Source: Tilletiaria anomala UBC 951
Taxonomy: Eukaryota
NCBI RefSeq assembly: GCF_000711695.1
Contig: NW_013547015.1
Location: 62,001 to 126,000 of the forward strand
Length of the DNA stretch: 64,000 nucleotides
Reading direction: 5' to 3'
Under the pieces are notes generated by a model, which saw nothing but the letters and a program-made list of their open reading frames with translations, was not told the origin of the DNA and ran no database searches. A program made the position numbers and the translations under genes. The stretch's first letter is position 1. Every line of letters begins with the position of its first letter. Below, in pieces: positions 39,163 through 51,522 of the stretch.

Positions 39163-40366
39163 CCTGAAGGGGATGGCGTCCCACGTGATAGTGTTCCACT
39201 GGACAGCTCGCGGCTACCGATTCGCGTATGGGCCTTCCATGAGAGGTAGTTCATACGGCCCTCTCTACGCTCGAGCATGCAGTCGAGGGTATATGTAGCA
39301 GCTCCCCCGCCTGCAGAGACTCTAGAAGATTGGCGTGATGATGAGGTTGCCCATGTCTGGTGGAGAGTGTATAGTGTTGTGGTTCGACTATTTCTCTTTG
39401 GTGGCATAAACTTTGCGACAGTGAAGTGTGCAGGCAGGTGGAGAGACTGGGCTCATGCCTCGCATTGCGGGCATTGGCCTGCTACTGAGCAAAAACGCGA
39501 GGAGAGGCACCCCACGACTTATTGCCTTCAGTGGCGATTCCAGCTGGCTACGCGCCGACGGCGGCGTTAGAGCACAGTCAAGCTCACCATGCCCGGCTGT
39601 GTGCGGGCATTGCATCAGACCAGCGTCCATTTTCTTCTTCCAAATTAAACGCCGGTTGGCTTATTTTTATTAGGGTTAGTAGTGCAAGCTTTCTTGCTGG
39701 GGGGGGGGGTAAGTTGGGTATTATGTAATTGTGGTCGATACATGGACCTGGTAAATATAAGCTTGCGGTTTCCAGGCTTGCCTTGTCTTCCGTCTCATCG
39801 ACTTCTTGTCAAGCAGTCGACTCTATCGTTCATCCCCATCGCTCCTTGCAGCAGGGCCCAGTGCTCCCAGCCGCAATGCACCGTTGCGCGTCATGCTCAT
39901 CGCACCGGGCAGCGACTCGCCTACAGAGGATGTCTGCGTCTGGATATAGAACTGTTGCAATGGGCCAAGCCGTGCAGCCCAAGCCTGTTCAAATCTAACC
40001 GTGCAAGCTGTAAACCATCGCTGATGAATGCACCGCGAACGAAGACTGAGACCAATAATATCTGTAATCTCAATGGGGACACCTTCTGAAAAACTCAGGC
40101 CGGACGAGCAGAAAAAGGTGGAAGAGCAGCTTCGTTGCGTCGCATCCCGACATTGCCACCAAACTAAGGCGGGGTCTCTCTTGGTCTACCCCAAGCGAAC
40201 GTGCCCTACTCCAAGCCGCCCTAGTATCTGGCGAGGGCGACAATTTGCAGTCTTGATGACGCAGACGAACGAACACAGCCTTGGACAATTAATACCACAG
40301 AAGTAATTAATTAAAGGTGGTAAATAACCTTCTGCCTGCTGGTCATAGGCATGCTTGTCCCTACCC

Positions 40367-42050
40367 TCAGTCATTTCTCACCCCCACCCCCCGCTTTGTC
40401 CTTTCCGCTTCGTGCTTTCCCGCTTTTTGCCCTTGGACATCCTCATCAAGCCGTCTTGTCAAACGCGACCGTATCCCGTCCGTCAGCGCATCGCCGTCTT
40501 CGCTGCGCCACACACCGTAGAGCAGCACCAGATGCGCTGCGAACAGCATACCCGATGAAAGGGAGGTAGACGGGAATGTCTCCCAGCCGTACGAGATCGC
40601 AACCGGCAGAGCTAGCCTGATCGAGTGCAAGCTTTGATCAGCACGTGGGATAAGAGTTGAAGACACGTTCCACGCGCGGCCGCTCTCACTTAACAGGTAA
40701 TGGGAGATCAGCACTCCATAGCAGAAATGGGATCTGGTGCGCGTACCAGCTGAAGAACTGGTAGTGCAAGCTGCGGCTGAACGTGATGCCGATCAAATTG
40801 GCCGTAAACAGCGTCGTGACGATGTCTTCGAAAGGGTAGGCGCCCATAAGAACGAGAGTGCCAAGATCGCAACTCGCTTCAAACTCACAGCGCGGCGTTG
40901 GCCATCCTCGAATCTCATTTCTCCCGCCGTCCGAATTCTTGAGCAGGATATCCTCTCTGAGCCACCGCACGGGGCCTTTCCGCCCAAGTTCCGTCCATTT
41001 GAAAGCTGCAAAGCACAGCAGCGCGAAGACATGGCATGCGAGAAGGCAGTGCGCAAATCTTGACGACATAAACGAATCTACAGAAACAAAGCGCCAGTTG
41101 ACGGTCCATTCGTACATGAAGGCTCGTCTGAAGTCGAATGCTTGCCGCAAGTACGCCTTTGCATTGTGTTCCAGGAATGGGTACCCAAGAACGAGCTGCA
41201 CAAGTGGGATAAGTAGAGTCGGGATATCAGCGGAGATGCCGTAGGCTCGAGCGAGGATCAGGCCCCACGCCGGCAGGAAGAGAAGGAGGTTCATCTTGAT
41301 GCTCAAGGCAAAGCTGCGAGGGGAGATCGAGAATTAGCCGTGTAAAGACATCACATCCAGCGAAGGCACCCACCTGTACAAAAGGCATGCGCTGATGACG
41401 GCTCTCTTGCACAGGAGCACGGTAGCCAGATAAAAGACTGCCATGGCCACTGGGTCGTTGAACAGGCGTAGCACAAAGATGCTGTGCAGACGCTTGGACA
41501 TTGCGAACGTGACAAGGTGCAGCGCCGGCGGGAAGGACCGACTTGCTAGTGCAAGCGCCGACCGGGAACTGCTGACCTTGCCCGGCTTCTCGTGCTGGTA
41601 GCTAAAAGATGCCATGTAGTAAATGTTCATTACGAGCCGAAAGGTCAAGAGGTACAGTCCAGCGAAGAAGTACTGCACCGTGCGGAGGCCCTCCGGGGGG
41701 ATCTCTGACTTATTGCCGAGCAGTCCTGCTGGCACCAAGGGACGGCTCTGTTCGATGATCCGCAAGATCCAGCCGTACACGAACAAGTGTCCGGCTGGGT
41801 ACACACACGGCCCCGAGTCACCTTTGATGGCGGCATAGTCGCGCACACCTTGGTTGACGTATAGATCAGCTTGCTGGAGGTATGTTGAGAAATCAATCTC
41901 CGTGTAACGGACTTTGTGGATGATCGCTATCAGCAGAGTCCCTTCAACGAGCAGGAAGAGAGAGGTGAACGTGCTGCTGTAGGCATGTGTGAAGAGGAAG
42001 TCGTGAATGAATTGAAGAAACCGCCGCATTGGCCGCTGAGGTTGTGCCAT
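40367..42050 (-). CDS. ALG3: Dol-P-Man:Man5GlcNAc2-PP-Dol alpha-1,3-mannosyltransferase
   Basis: YTEIDF, GDSGPCVYPAGH, SKRLHSIFVLRLFND, SIKMNLLL, EWTVNWRF, FSRSLHYQFFSWY. Introns 41373-41314, 40888-40826, 40689-40617. Confidence 0.94.
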
Positions 42051-42534
42051 CTTGACAGGGTCGTACGGGTCGGGCGAAGGTCTCTCTGTGACGTAGCGAG
42101 GCCCCTCCTTCGCATTAACCCTTTCAGACCATTCCCTGGATACTAGGATGGTGTTCTGAGCAGATTGGCTGGGCGGTACGAGCGTAAAATCCGGCGCTTA
42201 TTCAAGGTATAGCTGAAAAAGCACAGTCAAGTCTCACTTTGGGCTTCGTCGTAGCTTCGCATATGTAGATGGTGGTACTGCACAAGTAGTCTTGCCGTAA
42301 CTCCGAGAGTGGGAGAGGTCACGTGTCTTGTCTCCCCTCAGGAAATGTATTTAAGTACAAATGTGCAGCACAGCTCACACCTCTCGATTGGCAATTCACA
42401 TTCGCTGCATTCACCCCTCACTTATCTTCGGTACCATCAGAGGTGGACAGGTTCTGCTTGCGCTTATCGGCCAGCATAAATTCAAGCTTGCACTGCTGGG
42501 CTGCGTGAAATTTATCGATCAAACCTGCCTTGGT

Positions 42535-44044
42535 ATGTCTCGTCGCGGCGGACTCGTGGGCTCCTCTCGCGGTGGCCGCATCTCAAGCGCTGGAGGCAGC
42601 GTTCGGGGCACGCCTGACCCGAACTCAGCTGCGGGCCCCAGCACGAGCGCGAGCGCCAGCTCCAGTCGAAACACCGCGTCTACGATCTTTGGCGCATCGT
42701 CCATCATTGGTGCTGGTGGCGCGCGGCAGAAGGACCCTAGCGGCCGCATCCAAGAGTGGAGTGTGAGTGGATTTGAGCCGCTGCGCATTCGAAGCCTGTT
42801 CTTGTCTATGTGCTGGGCCAGGTAGTTGCTTGCTCTGATTCGAGGTCTGAATTGCCATTTTGCCTTGGCAGTCTCCCGATGACAAGTGCCCGCAATGCAA
42901 GACAGATCGGTATCTCAACTCAAAGCTGCGGCTATTGGTTGGACCGTGCTATCACAAGATGTGCGTACGCAATGCGATTTATGCGACTGGTGTTATGCCT
43001 AAGGACGCTGACAATTCCCTTTGGTGCGCCAGGTGCGAGTCATGCATCGACCGCATCTTTGCTCTAGGCCCGGCGCCTTGTCCCGTTTGCCGACGGACGT
43101 GCCGCAAGAATCAGTTCGGTTTCCAAACGTTTGAAGACCTGCAAGTCGAGCGTGAGGTCTCTATCCGGCGCACCATTACCAAGAATACGGCACGCAGTCT
43201 GGAGACGGACTTTGGTGGCGACTTAAAAGCATACAACGATTACCTGGACAAGGTCGAGTCGCTCACCTTCAGCATCGTCCACGGCAGCGAGGCGGAGGCG
43301 GACGAAGCGTGGCGCTGGATCAACGGGCAGGAAGGCGTAGCGCGCAACAGCATCGGCCTGCAGGCGCGCTACGCGGAGCGCGAGAGCGAACTGGCGCGCG
43401 AGGCGGAGGAGATGGAGCGCAGCGAACGCAAAGCCAAGGGCGAACGTTTGCGCGCCATCGAGGCGCGCGAAAAGCTTGAAAAGGAGCAGGAAGACAGAAT
43501 GCTGGTCGAGCTCATGGAGAAGGGGAAGATTGACGCGCAGGAGGTGCAGAGGAGGCGAAGAGAGGGCGCACGGAAACGCGAGCGAGATCGAGATCGGGAG
43601 GAGGCCGCCGTCGAGCGTGAATTTGCCACTCGGGCGGGGGAGCGGCTGGGCGCGGCAGGCAGAGGCAAATCTGGCGGGCCCGCTGCGAAGGGCGGCTGGA
43701 GCGAGGCGAACAAAGCTGCGAGGCTCTGGGGCCCAGCGGGCTACCAGCCTGAAATGCTGCTTGACTACCGCGGCCCGCTCGCGTACCTGGACGACGGAAG
43801 CGCGCTGCTGCCCGGCGGCCGGTCTATGTTCCAGCCGCATGAATCGGCGCACGATGCAGCGAGGCTTCTCGCGTCTACGGGCATCGCGAGCGCAAGTGCG
43901 CTTGCGCAGATGAGCAAGGACGATGCACAGCGTATCACGGCCGGCGGGTACTCATGGACAAAGGCGTTGGGCAGGGATCACCTAGCCGGATTCGCGACGA
44001 TCAGATTTCAGACGCCGGAAATTGCGGCTGGTCGAGTTGAGTAG
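42535..44044 (+). CDS. TFB3: CDK-activating kinase assembly factor MAT1 / TFIIH subunit
   Basis: RING CPQCKTDRYLNSKLRLLVGPCYHKMCESCIDRIF..CPVC, then QTFEDLQVEREVSIRR and YNDYL. Introns 42763-42871 and 42961-43032. Confidence 0.92.
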
Positions 44045-45146
44045 GCACGTACTGAGTCGTCGTCGTCGATCTGTAGAGCGTCGCGGTCATTGGAGCGCAT
44101 GCCCCCACATGCCACATGCAATTGCGCAATGCAACTCGCTTTCTCTCCCCGCGACGAAAAAGGATCACGGACTGGCATATTTGCCCTCAAGATGCCGTGA
44201 CCAAAGCCTGCGGCAGCTCCTGCTATGTATGCATTTCCTGTTCCTGGCACCGCACCGGCCGCCTTGCGCATCTTATCAGAACTGCCTCATGCAGAATCTG
44301 CATCGCACAGAGTGTCATGCATTGCAGATGGGCATGGAATGGCTGCTCACCAACCCAAGCCATACAGAGTGTACATGTATGTGTAATAATGACTCGCATG
44401 CGCATGCAGAGTGCGCTACCCCGGCCGGGCACGTATACATGCTGTGAAGATGTTCCATGGAGACCAGCAGTTGGCAGATGCCGCGAACGGGCGATGCGAT
44501 GCCCCCATGTGCTCGCTCACATCCCGCTTTCGGCCGACAGAAAGGGCTAAGAGGGGGAATGCGGTCATGAAGGGGACTGTGAGTGCGCCGAGGAGAGATT
44601 GAGAGCGAGAACGAGAGGATTGATAGACCACGACTCATCACGTGTTGCTGCTTCCGCCAGGTTCCACTGCATTCCAGCGAGGCGCACGCGAATGTAAGAG
44701 ACGGTAACCAGAGCAGTCTGCAAGGCTGTGCCTACCATGGACGCGGCGGTATATCTTATCGTGCGTTAGTGCATAGTATGTATGTGCACGATGCCTCTCT
44801 CATACTGTTCGGCTGTGGTTACTCGCAATCGATCAATCCATCTCCCAATCTCCATGGCATGGCGTGACTGGCTCTTTATCGAATGAGCGAACTTGCTTGT
44901 GTGTTGCTGTGTTGTGCTGTGCTGCGCACCACTAACTCCGGGGGCGGGCCGCCCCGCCCCCTGGTTGTGCCGGATGCGCGGACCCGACGCCCGACGGCCC
45001 CTCGCGCGCCGCGCCGAGACGCCCCCCAAGCGATGAGCTCCATTACAGCGTTGGCCATATGTTAGCTTGGGCGAGGCGGACTTAATGAAAGGAGCTTTCC
45101 CATGGATGAAACAAGCTGCGCAATACATCACGGTATTTAGTAATAG

Positions 45147-46058
45147 ATGATGGAGCATGGGTGGAAAACCACCCCATCCACCCCGTCCAGCCCTCCCACA
45201 TCGTCTGCCTCGCAGCACATCCATAAGAGCAAGCGCCGTATCCCACCCACCCATAGTTGCTCCAGCCCGCCTCACACTCACTCCTTCAACCCATCCCCGA
45301 AAACCTACCCTCCGAGCGCCAGCATGTCGACCGCTGCGAGCATCTTGATGCCCTACACGCTCTCTCTCGGCGCAGGTCTCACCAGCGCCGCCAGCTCCCT
45401 CTTGGGCAACTACGGCGCGGCCAACCATGGCGTCCCCCCGATGGGCGCGCCCAAGAACCTCCCACAGATCCAGGTCGATAAAAGAAAGGCTGTCCGCGAC
45501 TATATGCACTCTTCGCACGTCTCCTCCACCAGAAGCAGTAGCAACACTAGTGGCACTAGCGAGCACCAGCGCAGCATGACGGCAGCAGCGGCCGAGGCAA
45601 ATGCACAGAGCAGCGGATCTGTGCCAAGCCGCAGTGTCAGCCGCGTTGTTCAAGAGCACCAGCAGCGGCTGCATTGCGGCCCCGCCCTGAGCGTGTCCTC
45701 TTCTGCATCGTCCTCGCCGCTGGCTTCCCCGCGGCTGTCGCCGTCGCCGTCCTTCGTGACGAGCCCGAGCACGCTGGCCTTCGAGCCGTCCGGGAACATG
45801 CACATCAACGCGCTCGGACACCCGTACAGCGCACCGCACTTTGTCGCCGTTCAGCGTTCCCGCTCGGACGTCTGTGCTCGCGCAATCGGCGCGGCCTTCT
45901 CCTCCAGTGCTCTCCACGCACCGAAAGACGATCCTGCCCCCACTGACGTAGTGGCCCCGCCCAAGAGACGCCGCGCCAAGTCGAGGAGCTACAGCTCGCC
46001 AGCACTCTTCTTCCCTGATCATGCCGACTATCACTTTACGTTCGGCAGGGTCGATTAG
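45147..46058 (+). CDS. hypothetical Ser/Pro-rich protein; structure uncertain
   Basis: 303-aa low-complexity ORF with no recognised domain. An antisense ORF overlaps it. Confidence 0.4.
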   Translation: MMEHGWKTTPSTPSSPPTSSASQHIHKSKRRIPPTHSCSSPPHTHSFNPSPKTYPPSASMSTAASILMPYTLSLGAGLTSAASSLLGNYGAANHGVPPMGAPKNLPQIQVDKRKAVRDYMHSSHVSSTRSSSNTSGTSEHQRSMTAAAAEANAQSSGSVPSRSVSRVVQEHQQRLHCGPALSVSSSASSSPLASPRLSPSPSFVTSPSTLAFEPSGNMHINALGHPYSAPHFVAVQRSRSDVCARAIGAAFSSSALHAPKDDPAPTDVVAPPKRRRAKSRSYSSPALFFPDHADYHFTFGRVD

Positions 46059-46591
46059 CTGTGCTTCGGCAATGGCTCACTCGCACTTTTAACCCTCGTC
46101 ATTCGGACTGTCCATTTCGAACTGGCAACCATCGACCAATGCATTCGTCGACCAAACACGCTCACGCCCGTCCCGCAACCTCGCGATATCACCAGCACCT
46201 GGACGCCTACCCTATACTGTTTGGCTCACACGCCTTGCGGCCGATCGCTTGCTCTACTCGTGCTGCTCTGAGCAAGGCTGCCTCCGCACGAGCTCGCTAG
46301 CGCCTGCTCTTGGCATGTGTAGCCAACAGTCCTGCGATGCAGAAGATGCACAGCTCACTGCCTTTCCCTCCGCTTCTGACAAATGACCAAAAAACGACCA
46401 GCCCTTTCGAATTTGTCTGCTGCGATGGACCGCGGCATATCAACCGCACCCCACCATGAACCCCGCATCCAACCCCCGCCGCGCCGTCGCGCTGCCACAC
46501 TACTGCAACCCCAACATGCAGAGTTCTTCGCCTGGTCCTTGGAAGCGGTCACGCTGCAAATGGTCAGCTGGGTGCTGCACAGCGGCGCCGC

Positions 46592-46987
46592 ATGCACCTA
46601 CACTGGTGCACGCGCCGCGGCTGCTGCCCATCCACCCCGCCTGTGAAGCTCAGTAAGGCGCTGTACGGCGCCGCGGCGTCGCTCATTGGTATTGTTGCGT
46701 ACACCTGCATCGTCGATGTGTCGTACCTTGCTTGGCCAAGTGCTCACCTGGACAGAAAGAACAAGGCAGGTCATCCTGGTGACGCTCATCCCCCTCCGTT
46801 GCCGCAGCACTCGACGCCGTCTGCAGTGCTTGACAACAGCAAGAATCTCCGTGTGCACTCCGACCGCGCGAGAGAGGCCAACCGCAAGTCCGTCATGAGC
46901 ACGTCTGCAGCGGCGCCGGTGCCTGCCAACACGAGCATGACACACGACCCTCATGCTAGGGACCACATACAGCACCTGGTGGTCTAG
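46592..46987 (+). CDS. hypothetical small protein or terminal exon with one TM-like segment
   Basis: 131-aa ORF containing LYGAAASLIGIVAYTCIVDVSYLAW. The start is uncertain. Confidence 0.3.
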   Translation: MHLHWCTRRGCCPSTPPVKLSKALYGAAASLIGIVAYTCIVDVSYLAWPSAHLDRKNKAGHPGDAHPPPLPQHSTPSAVLDNSKNLRVHSDRAREANRKSVMSTSAAAPVPANTSMTHDPHARDHIQHLVV

Positions 46988-47841
46988 AACACGCAGTACA
47001 CCTCGCGCTTAGCGCCGTCGCTTACGCCGTCGGCCTGTATGCGGCGCTCGTCGTGTGACGGACACTTCAATCGCCTTCGGAGTATCTCTGCGTTCGACGC
47101 TGAGCCGCAGTACGTGCGTGCTTATATGTACGTTTCACCCACCTAAATTTCACACTTCTGAGCAGAGGGGATGATGTTTGAACGCCAGTCTATGCTATAG
47201 TGTACACGAATCCCGTGTGAACTTTTGCAGATGTTGTTGTCATGGATTCAACTCGACTCCAGCGTGACTTTCGGCTCAGGGAATGAGCCGTCCGTATCGG
47301 CGACCTAATGGGAAGAGATGCTGCTTGGGCTTATTCAGCGTACCTCATGCACCGTGGCCGTAGCGCTGGCAGCGCGGCACTGCCCGCCCTAAATCCCCTC
47401 GTAGGGGCCCAGCGCAGCCCGGCCGCAGGTAGGGAAATAGACCCCGCCCACCTGCCGAAGAGCTAGCGACGGGATTGCGGCAGAGACAAAGACAGCGAGA
47501 GAGCCCCATATAGTGGCGGGTAGCCACCTCGCCAGCGCTGTTGGGTCGATATGACGCACCCGACTGCCTGAACGCTCATCCGCGCAGGTGGACTCCCCCG
47601 GGCAGTTTCTCCATTTGCACCGATTGCACCGGACTTTTGTATGTGCCATTATTATCCGTTGTGCTCACATCTAGTCATTTGGCGATGAGCTTTCTTGTGA
47701 GTCACGACATACATGGATATAGTCTGCATGGCTCCCTCGGACAGACTTGTTCTCCGTTCTTTTCATTGCGATTCCAAGACGTCTACTTCGGTCAGACACC
47801 CTGCTCAAGGCACCTGGTCCCTCCCCGTCCTCGGTAGCAGC

Positions 47842-49314
47842 ATGAGCACGCAGCCAGCAGCAGACCGCGCGCCCGGCGCCGCCTCGATGTCGACGTCGTC
47901 AGTGACACTCGATGCAGGCTCGCGCACACGCACGATCAACCTCGGTGCCGGGCCATCCATGCTGCCCACGCCGGTCCTCTTTTCCGCCTCTCAGGCACTG
48001 GTCGACTACCAGAACCTGGGAATGGGTGTAACGGAGATCTCGCATCGTTCCTCCACATTCCAGAAGATCGTCGAGGAGGCGGAGCAGGATTTGCGCCAGC
48101 TGCTCGGCATCAGTGACGAGTTCGCCGTCTTCTTCACCCAGGGCGGCGGCACGGAACAGTTTAGCGCCGTCGCTCTCAACCTGATGGCAAGGCACATGGC
48201 CAAGTACCCAAAGTACTGGCAGCGCCAGCAAGCTTCGATCGCAAAAGCTGCAGCCGCGGCCACTGGGGCCGATGGACCCAGCCAACTGCGGCCGTGCGGC
48301 CCACCAGCAGACTATGCAATCTCAGGCTCGTGGTCTGCCAAGGCATCCAAGGAAGCCAGTCGCCTCGGGTTCGATTCGCGCGCCGTCTTTGACTCGCGAA
48401 AGGATGTGGAAGGGTCACAAGGGAAGTTCGGCGCGATACCGCCTGTACACACCTGGCGCCTCTCTCCCATCTCATCAACGGATGATGGAGTGGATGCGCC
48501 ACCTGCATTCCTCTACTACTGCGATAACGAGACTGTCGATGGCGTTGAGTACAATTTTCCCTCGAACGACACGTCCGATGGCGGCGGCAAGCGCGGGTTC
48601 CCGGTCGACGCGCTACCTGCCTCGTACGTAGCCAACGTGCCGCTCGTCGCAGACATGTCTTCCAACATCCTCTCGCGTCGCATCCCGCACCTCTCCTCCC
48701 ATGCGCTCATCTTTTTTGGCGCGCAAAAGAACGTCGGACCGTCAGGCGTGACAATCGTGATCGTCAAGCGCCAATTCATTGTCGACCCGGATGAGGCCCT
48801 GCGCGCGGCAGGCCTCTGGTCCGCGCCGCGTATCCCGACGACACTGGTGTACAAGAACCTGCTGGACAACAGCAGCCTGTACAACACGCCACCAATGTTC
48901 AGTATCTACGTCAGCGGCCTCGTATTCAAGGACCTGCTCCAACCCGCCCATGGAGGCGTGCACGGCGCAGAAGAGCGCAGCGAGCAAAAGGCACACGCCA
49001 TGTACAGCCTGATCGACAGCAGCCTCGTCTTCGTACCGACGGTGCGCCAGAAGGAGGTGCGCAGCAGGATGAACGTCACATTCCGCCTGCAGCGGCCACC
49101 GCAGTCTGGCGGGGCAGCAGCAGGCCCAGACGAGCAGCTTGAAGCCGCCTTCGTCAAGGCGTGCGCTGCGGCGGGCATCGTGCAGGTCAAAGGGCATCGC
49201 AGCGTTGGCGGCATCCGAACCAGTCTATACAATGCCGTCACGCTCGAGCAGACCGACAAGCTCGTACAAGTCATGCGCGACTTTGCCGCGCAGGTCGAGG
49301 CGGGCAAGGTGTAG
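47842..49314 (+). CDS. SER1: phosphoserine aminotransferase
   Basis: NLGAGPSMLP, EISHRS, QGGGTEQF, YYCDNETVDGVE, ADMSSNILSR, the PLP-lysine motif FFGAQKNVGP, and KGHRSVGGIRTSLYNA. Intronless. Confidence 0.96.
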   Translation: MSTQPAADRAPGAASMSTSSVTLDAGSRTRTINLGAGPSMLPTPVLFSASQALVDYQNLGMGVTEISHRSSTFQKIVEEAEQDLRQLLGISDEFAVFFTQGGGTEQFSAVALNLMARHMAKYPKYWQRQQASIAKAAAAATGADGPSQLRPCGPPADYAISGSWSAKASKEASRLGFDSRAVFDSRKDVEGSQGKFGAIPPVHTWRLSPISSTDDGVDAPPAFLYYCDNETVDGVEYNFPSNDTSDGGGKRGFPVDALPASYVANVPLVADMSSNILSRRIPHLSSHALIFFGAQKNVGPSGVTIVIVKRQFIVDPDEALRAAGLWSAPRIPTTLVYKNLLDNSSLYNTPPMFSIYVSGLVFKDLLQPAHGGVHGAEERSEQKAHAMYSLIDSSLVFVPTVRQKEVRSRMNVTFRLQRPPQSGGAAAGPDEQLEAAFVKACAAAGIVQVKGHRSVGGIRTSLYNAVTLEQTDKLVQVMRDFAAQVEAGKV

Positions 49315-49450
49315 CGAGCGTGTAGTCCATTAGCATGTAGATACAGTAGATCAAAAGTTTTTAACTATGATACAATCGTGTAGCCCCTTGAAACAAGCGG
49401 AACAGTGCCCTGAGGCCAGCCTGGAGCGCCCAGCGCCGACTCCCATGCGA

Positions 49451-51522
49451 TCAGTGATGGTTGTTGCTCAAACCGAGTACTTTCGCTGCCTTGTTCGTCA
49501 CATTGCCGATTCCGAGCGTGCGGGCAGCCTTGCTCGCCTGAAAGATCGACGCGGACCCGGCACGTCGTTGCTCTGCGCGGTCCGGGAACCTGCCACGCGC
49601 AGAGAAGCCGCCGTCGTACTCGTCGTCATCGGCATCCGAGTCGAATGGGTTCTGCATGACATCGTCCGCATCGCACTCGCGCTCGATGGCAGTAAGCGCG
49701 TGCCGCATCGCCTGCGGCGGATGCCACGGCGAGCTGGTGTCTTCTGCGCCGCTGATGCGGACACGCGGGGTGAGCTTTCCAATGGTGATGGAGGGCAGCT
49801 CGTCATCCGACCTCTGTTCTTCTTCGTTGGCATCATCGTAAAGAGGGCTGGCGGTCCCCGAGCAGGCTGTCCCGCGGGAATGCGAAGACCAAGGCCTCCG
49901 CGCCGGGCGACCAGTCGCGCCGCCTGCATTCAATACGGTGCGCTCCCCTTCCTCTCCCGGCAGCGCGATTTCGCCGTGCCCCTGCGGCTCCTCGAGCGGC
50001 GCCGCGCCCGAGAAGCGCCGCACGGCGATCGGCGTCATGACCGCGACGCAGACGCCGGCGAGAAGGAAGAAGTTCTGCCAGCTAGCCAGGTGGAAGTCGT
50101 CCGGCGACGTCATCTCGTCCAGCTTGGCGCCGATCGTCACGTGGATAAACGAGATGGCCATCACGCCAACGGCTGTGCTGAGCCAAAACAGTGGGATGGA
50201 GATGCCGAGGTGCGGGGCGATCACGTTCACCACCCAGTGTGGCGGTAAAGGCAGATGCCGAATGAAGACGAGGTAGGAGAACAAGTTGGACTGCGCGCTG
50301 ATGCGCCGCTGCCAGCTGTCGACGCGCGTCTTCCATGAGGGGACAGCTACGAAGACCTCACCCATCTGCCGGCTGATCACGTAGCAGATCGTTGCGCCAC
50401 TTGCGATGCTCTGATGATCGTGATCATGCGAATGTAGCACTCATAAGACTCTGCACGCAAGCTCTCCAACGCCAAATCGGATGGTCGGACTCACGCAAAT
50501 GACGATCGGGAGTGAGAGTGCAACGCCCCAGATGGCACCTGCGAGGATGCTGAGATACATGGATCCAGGGATGGAGAACGCTTGGAGGCTGTGATGGATG
50601 GCGAGCGTTTGGGTATGTCAGTAGAACAATCCAAAAGCGCCACAGGTTGGGTCACCCGCCTGACGCACAACAAGTAGATGACCTCCCAGCAGACAAACAC
50701 TCTAAAACCATGATGTGTCTTGTAATGTTGAAGTACGCCATTGAGCGCTTTGAATTCTTCGAATGACCGCGGAATCTTGAATGCAGGTCGGTCCGCCCTG
50801 CGCACAAGCAGTCGGTGCGCGCATCAGTGTTGAACATGGAGCTCGCCTGCACAAGCGTGTTATATGCGCAGAGTACGGAACTGCAAAACTCACTCATCTA
50901 TTTCTGGAAGCCCGAGCCACAGAGTGCAGAAGAGAGCGACGAAGCAGATCATGAACAGGAGTAAGATCTGACTGCCGACCCTTACAAGCACCCTTCGACG
51001 CTCCTGTATGATCATCGCCTTCGTCTCGGCGTTGGCAGCATCATCCTCGTTACCATTGATGGTGATGCGCACGGTTTGATGCTGTGGTACAGGGGTACCA
51101 GAGAGGTCGGTCCAGTGTGCCTCGTCGTCGCTGTCGGAGTAGGGCCGCGGTAGGTCAGGTCGCGCAAAGCGACTGCCAGTAATGGTATTCCGGATCTCTG
51201 GCTCGTCGTCATCGCCATCACTGCTGTCAGGAAGAGCCGCAGCGTTGCCCAGGATCAACCTAGAATTGTTTTCCGTATCGGCGGCAAACGGCGAGGGCAA
51301 GGACGGGGCGGGCCCACCACCATTGGCGAGGGTCTTGAGCGAGTGCTTCGAGACGAACGATGCGTCGTCGTCCACCTCGGAGATGGCGTCCGATTTGGAG
51401 ACAAGAGCGGATCTGTCGATATCCATGGCTCTTGTTTTCCCTGCAATTTCTAACCCTCCTCCTCCTCCAGCAGCACTGGTGTAAGCGAGCCCAGCGGCCG
51501 CAGTGCTAGCGGAGCCACTCAT
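49451..51522 (-). CDS. VTT/SNARE-associated domain membrane protein (TVP38/TMEM41 family)
   Basis: Spliced product contains FLQAFSIPGSMYLSILAGAIWG, SGATICY and LPLPPHWVVNVIAPHLGI. Three introns between ~50894 and ~50411. Confidence 0.85.

Noticed and set aside
44766..46034. 422-aa minus-strand ORF
   Set aside because: Arg/Gly/Ala-rich antisense shadow of the GC-rich + strand ORF; no domain.
36926..49314. Possible metabolic or secondary-metabolite cluster around ERG1/ALG3/SER1
   Set aside because: Unrelated housekeeping genes with no backbone enzyme or cluster regulator.
49367..50248. 293-aa + strand ORF (and similar shadows at 35701-36447, 43223-43852, 57952-58833)
   Set aside because: Antisense to well-supported genes, as expected from high-GC codon usage.
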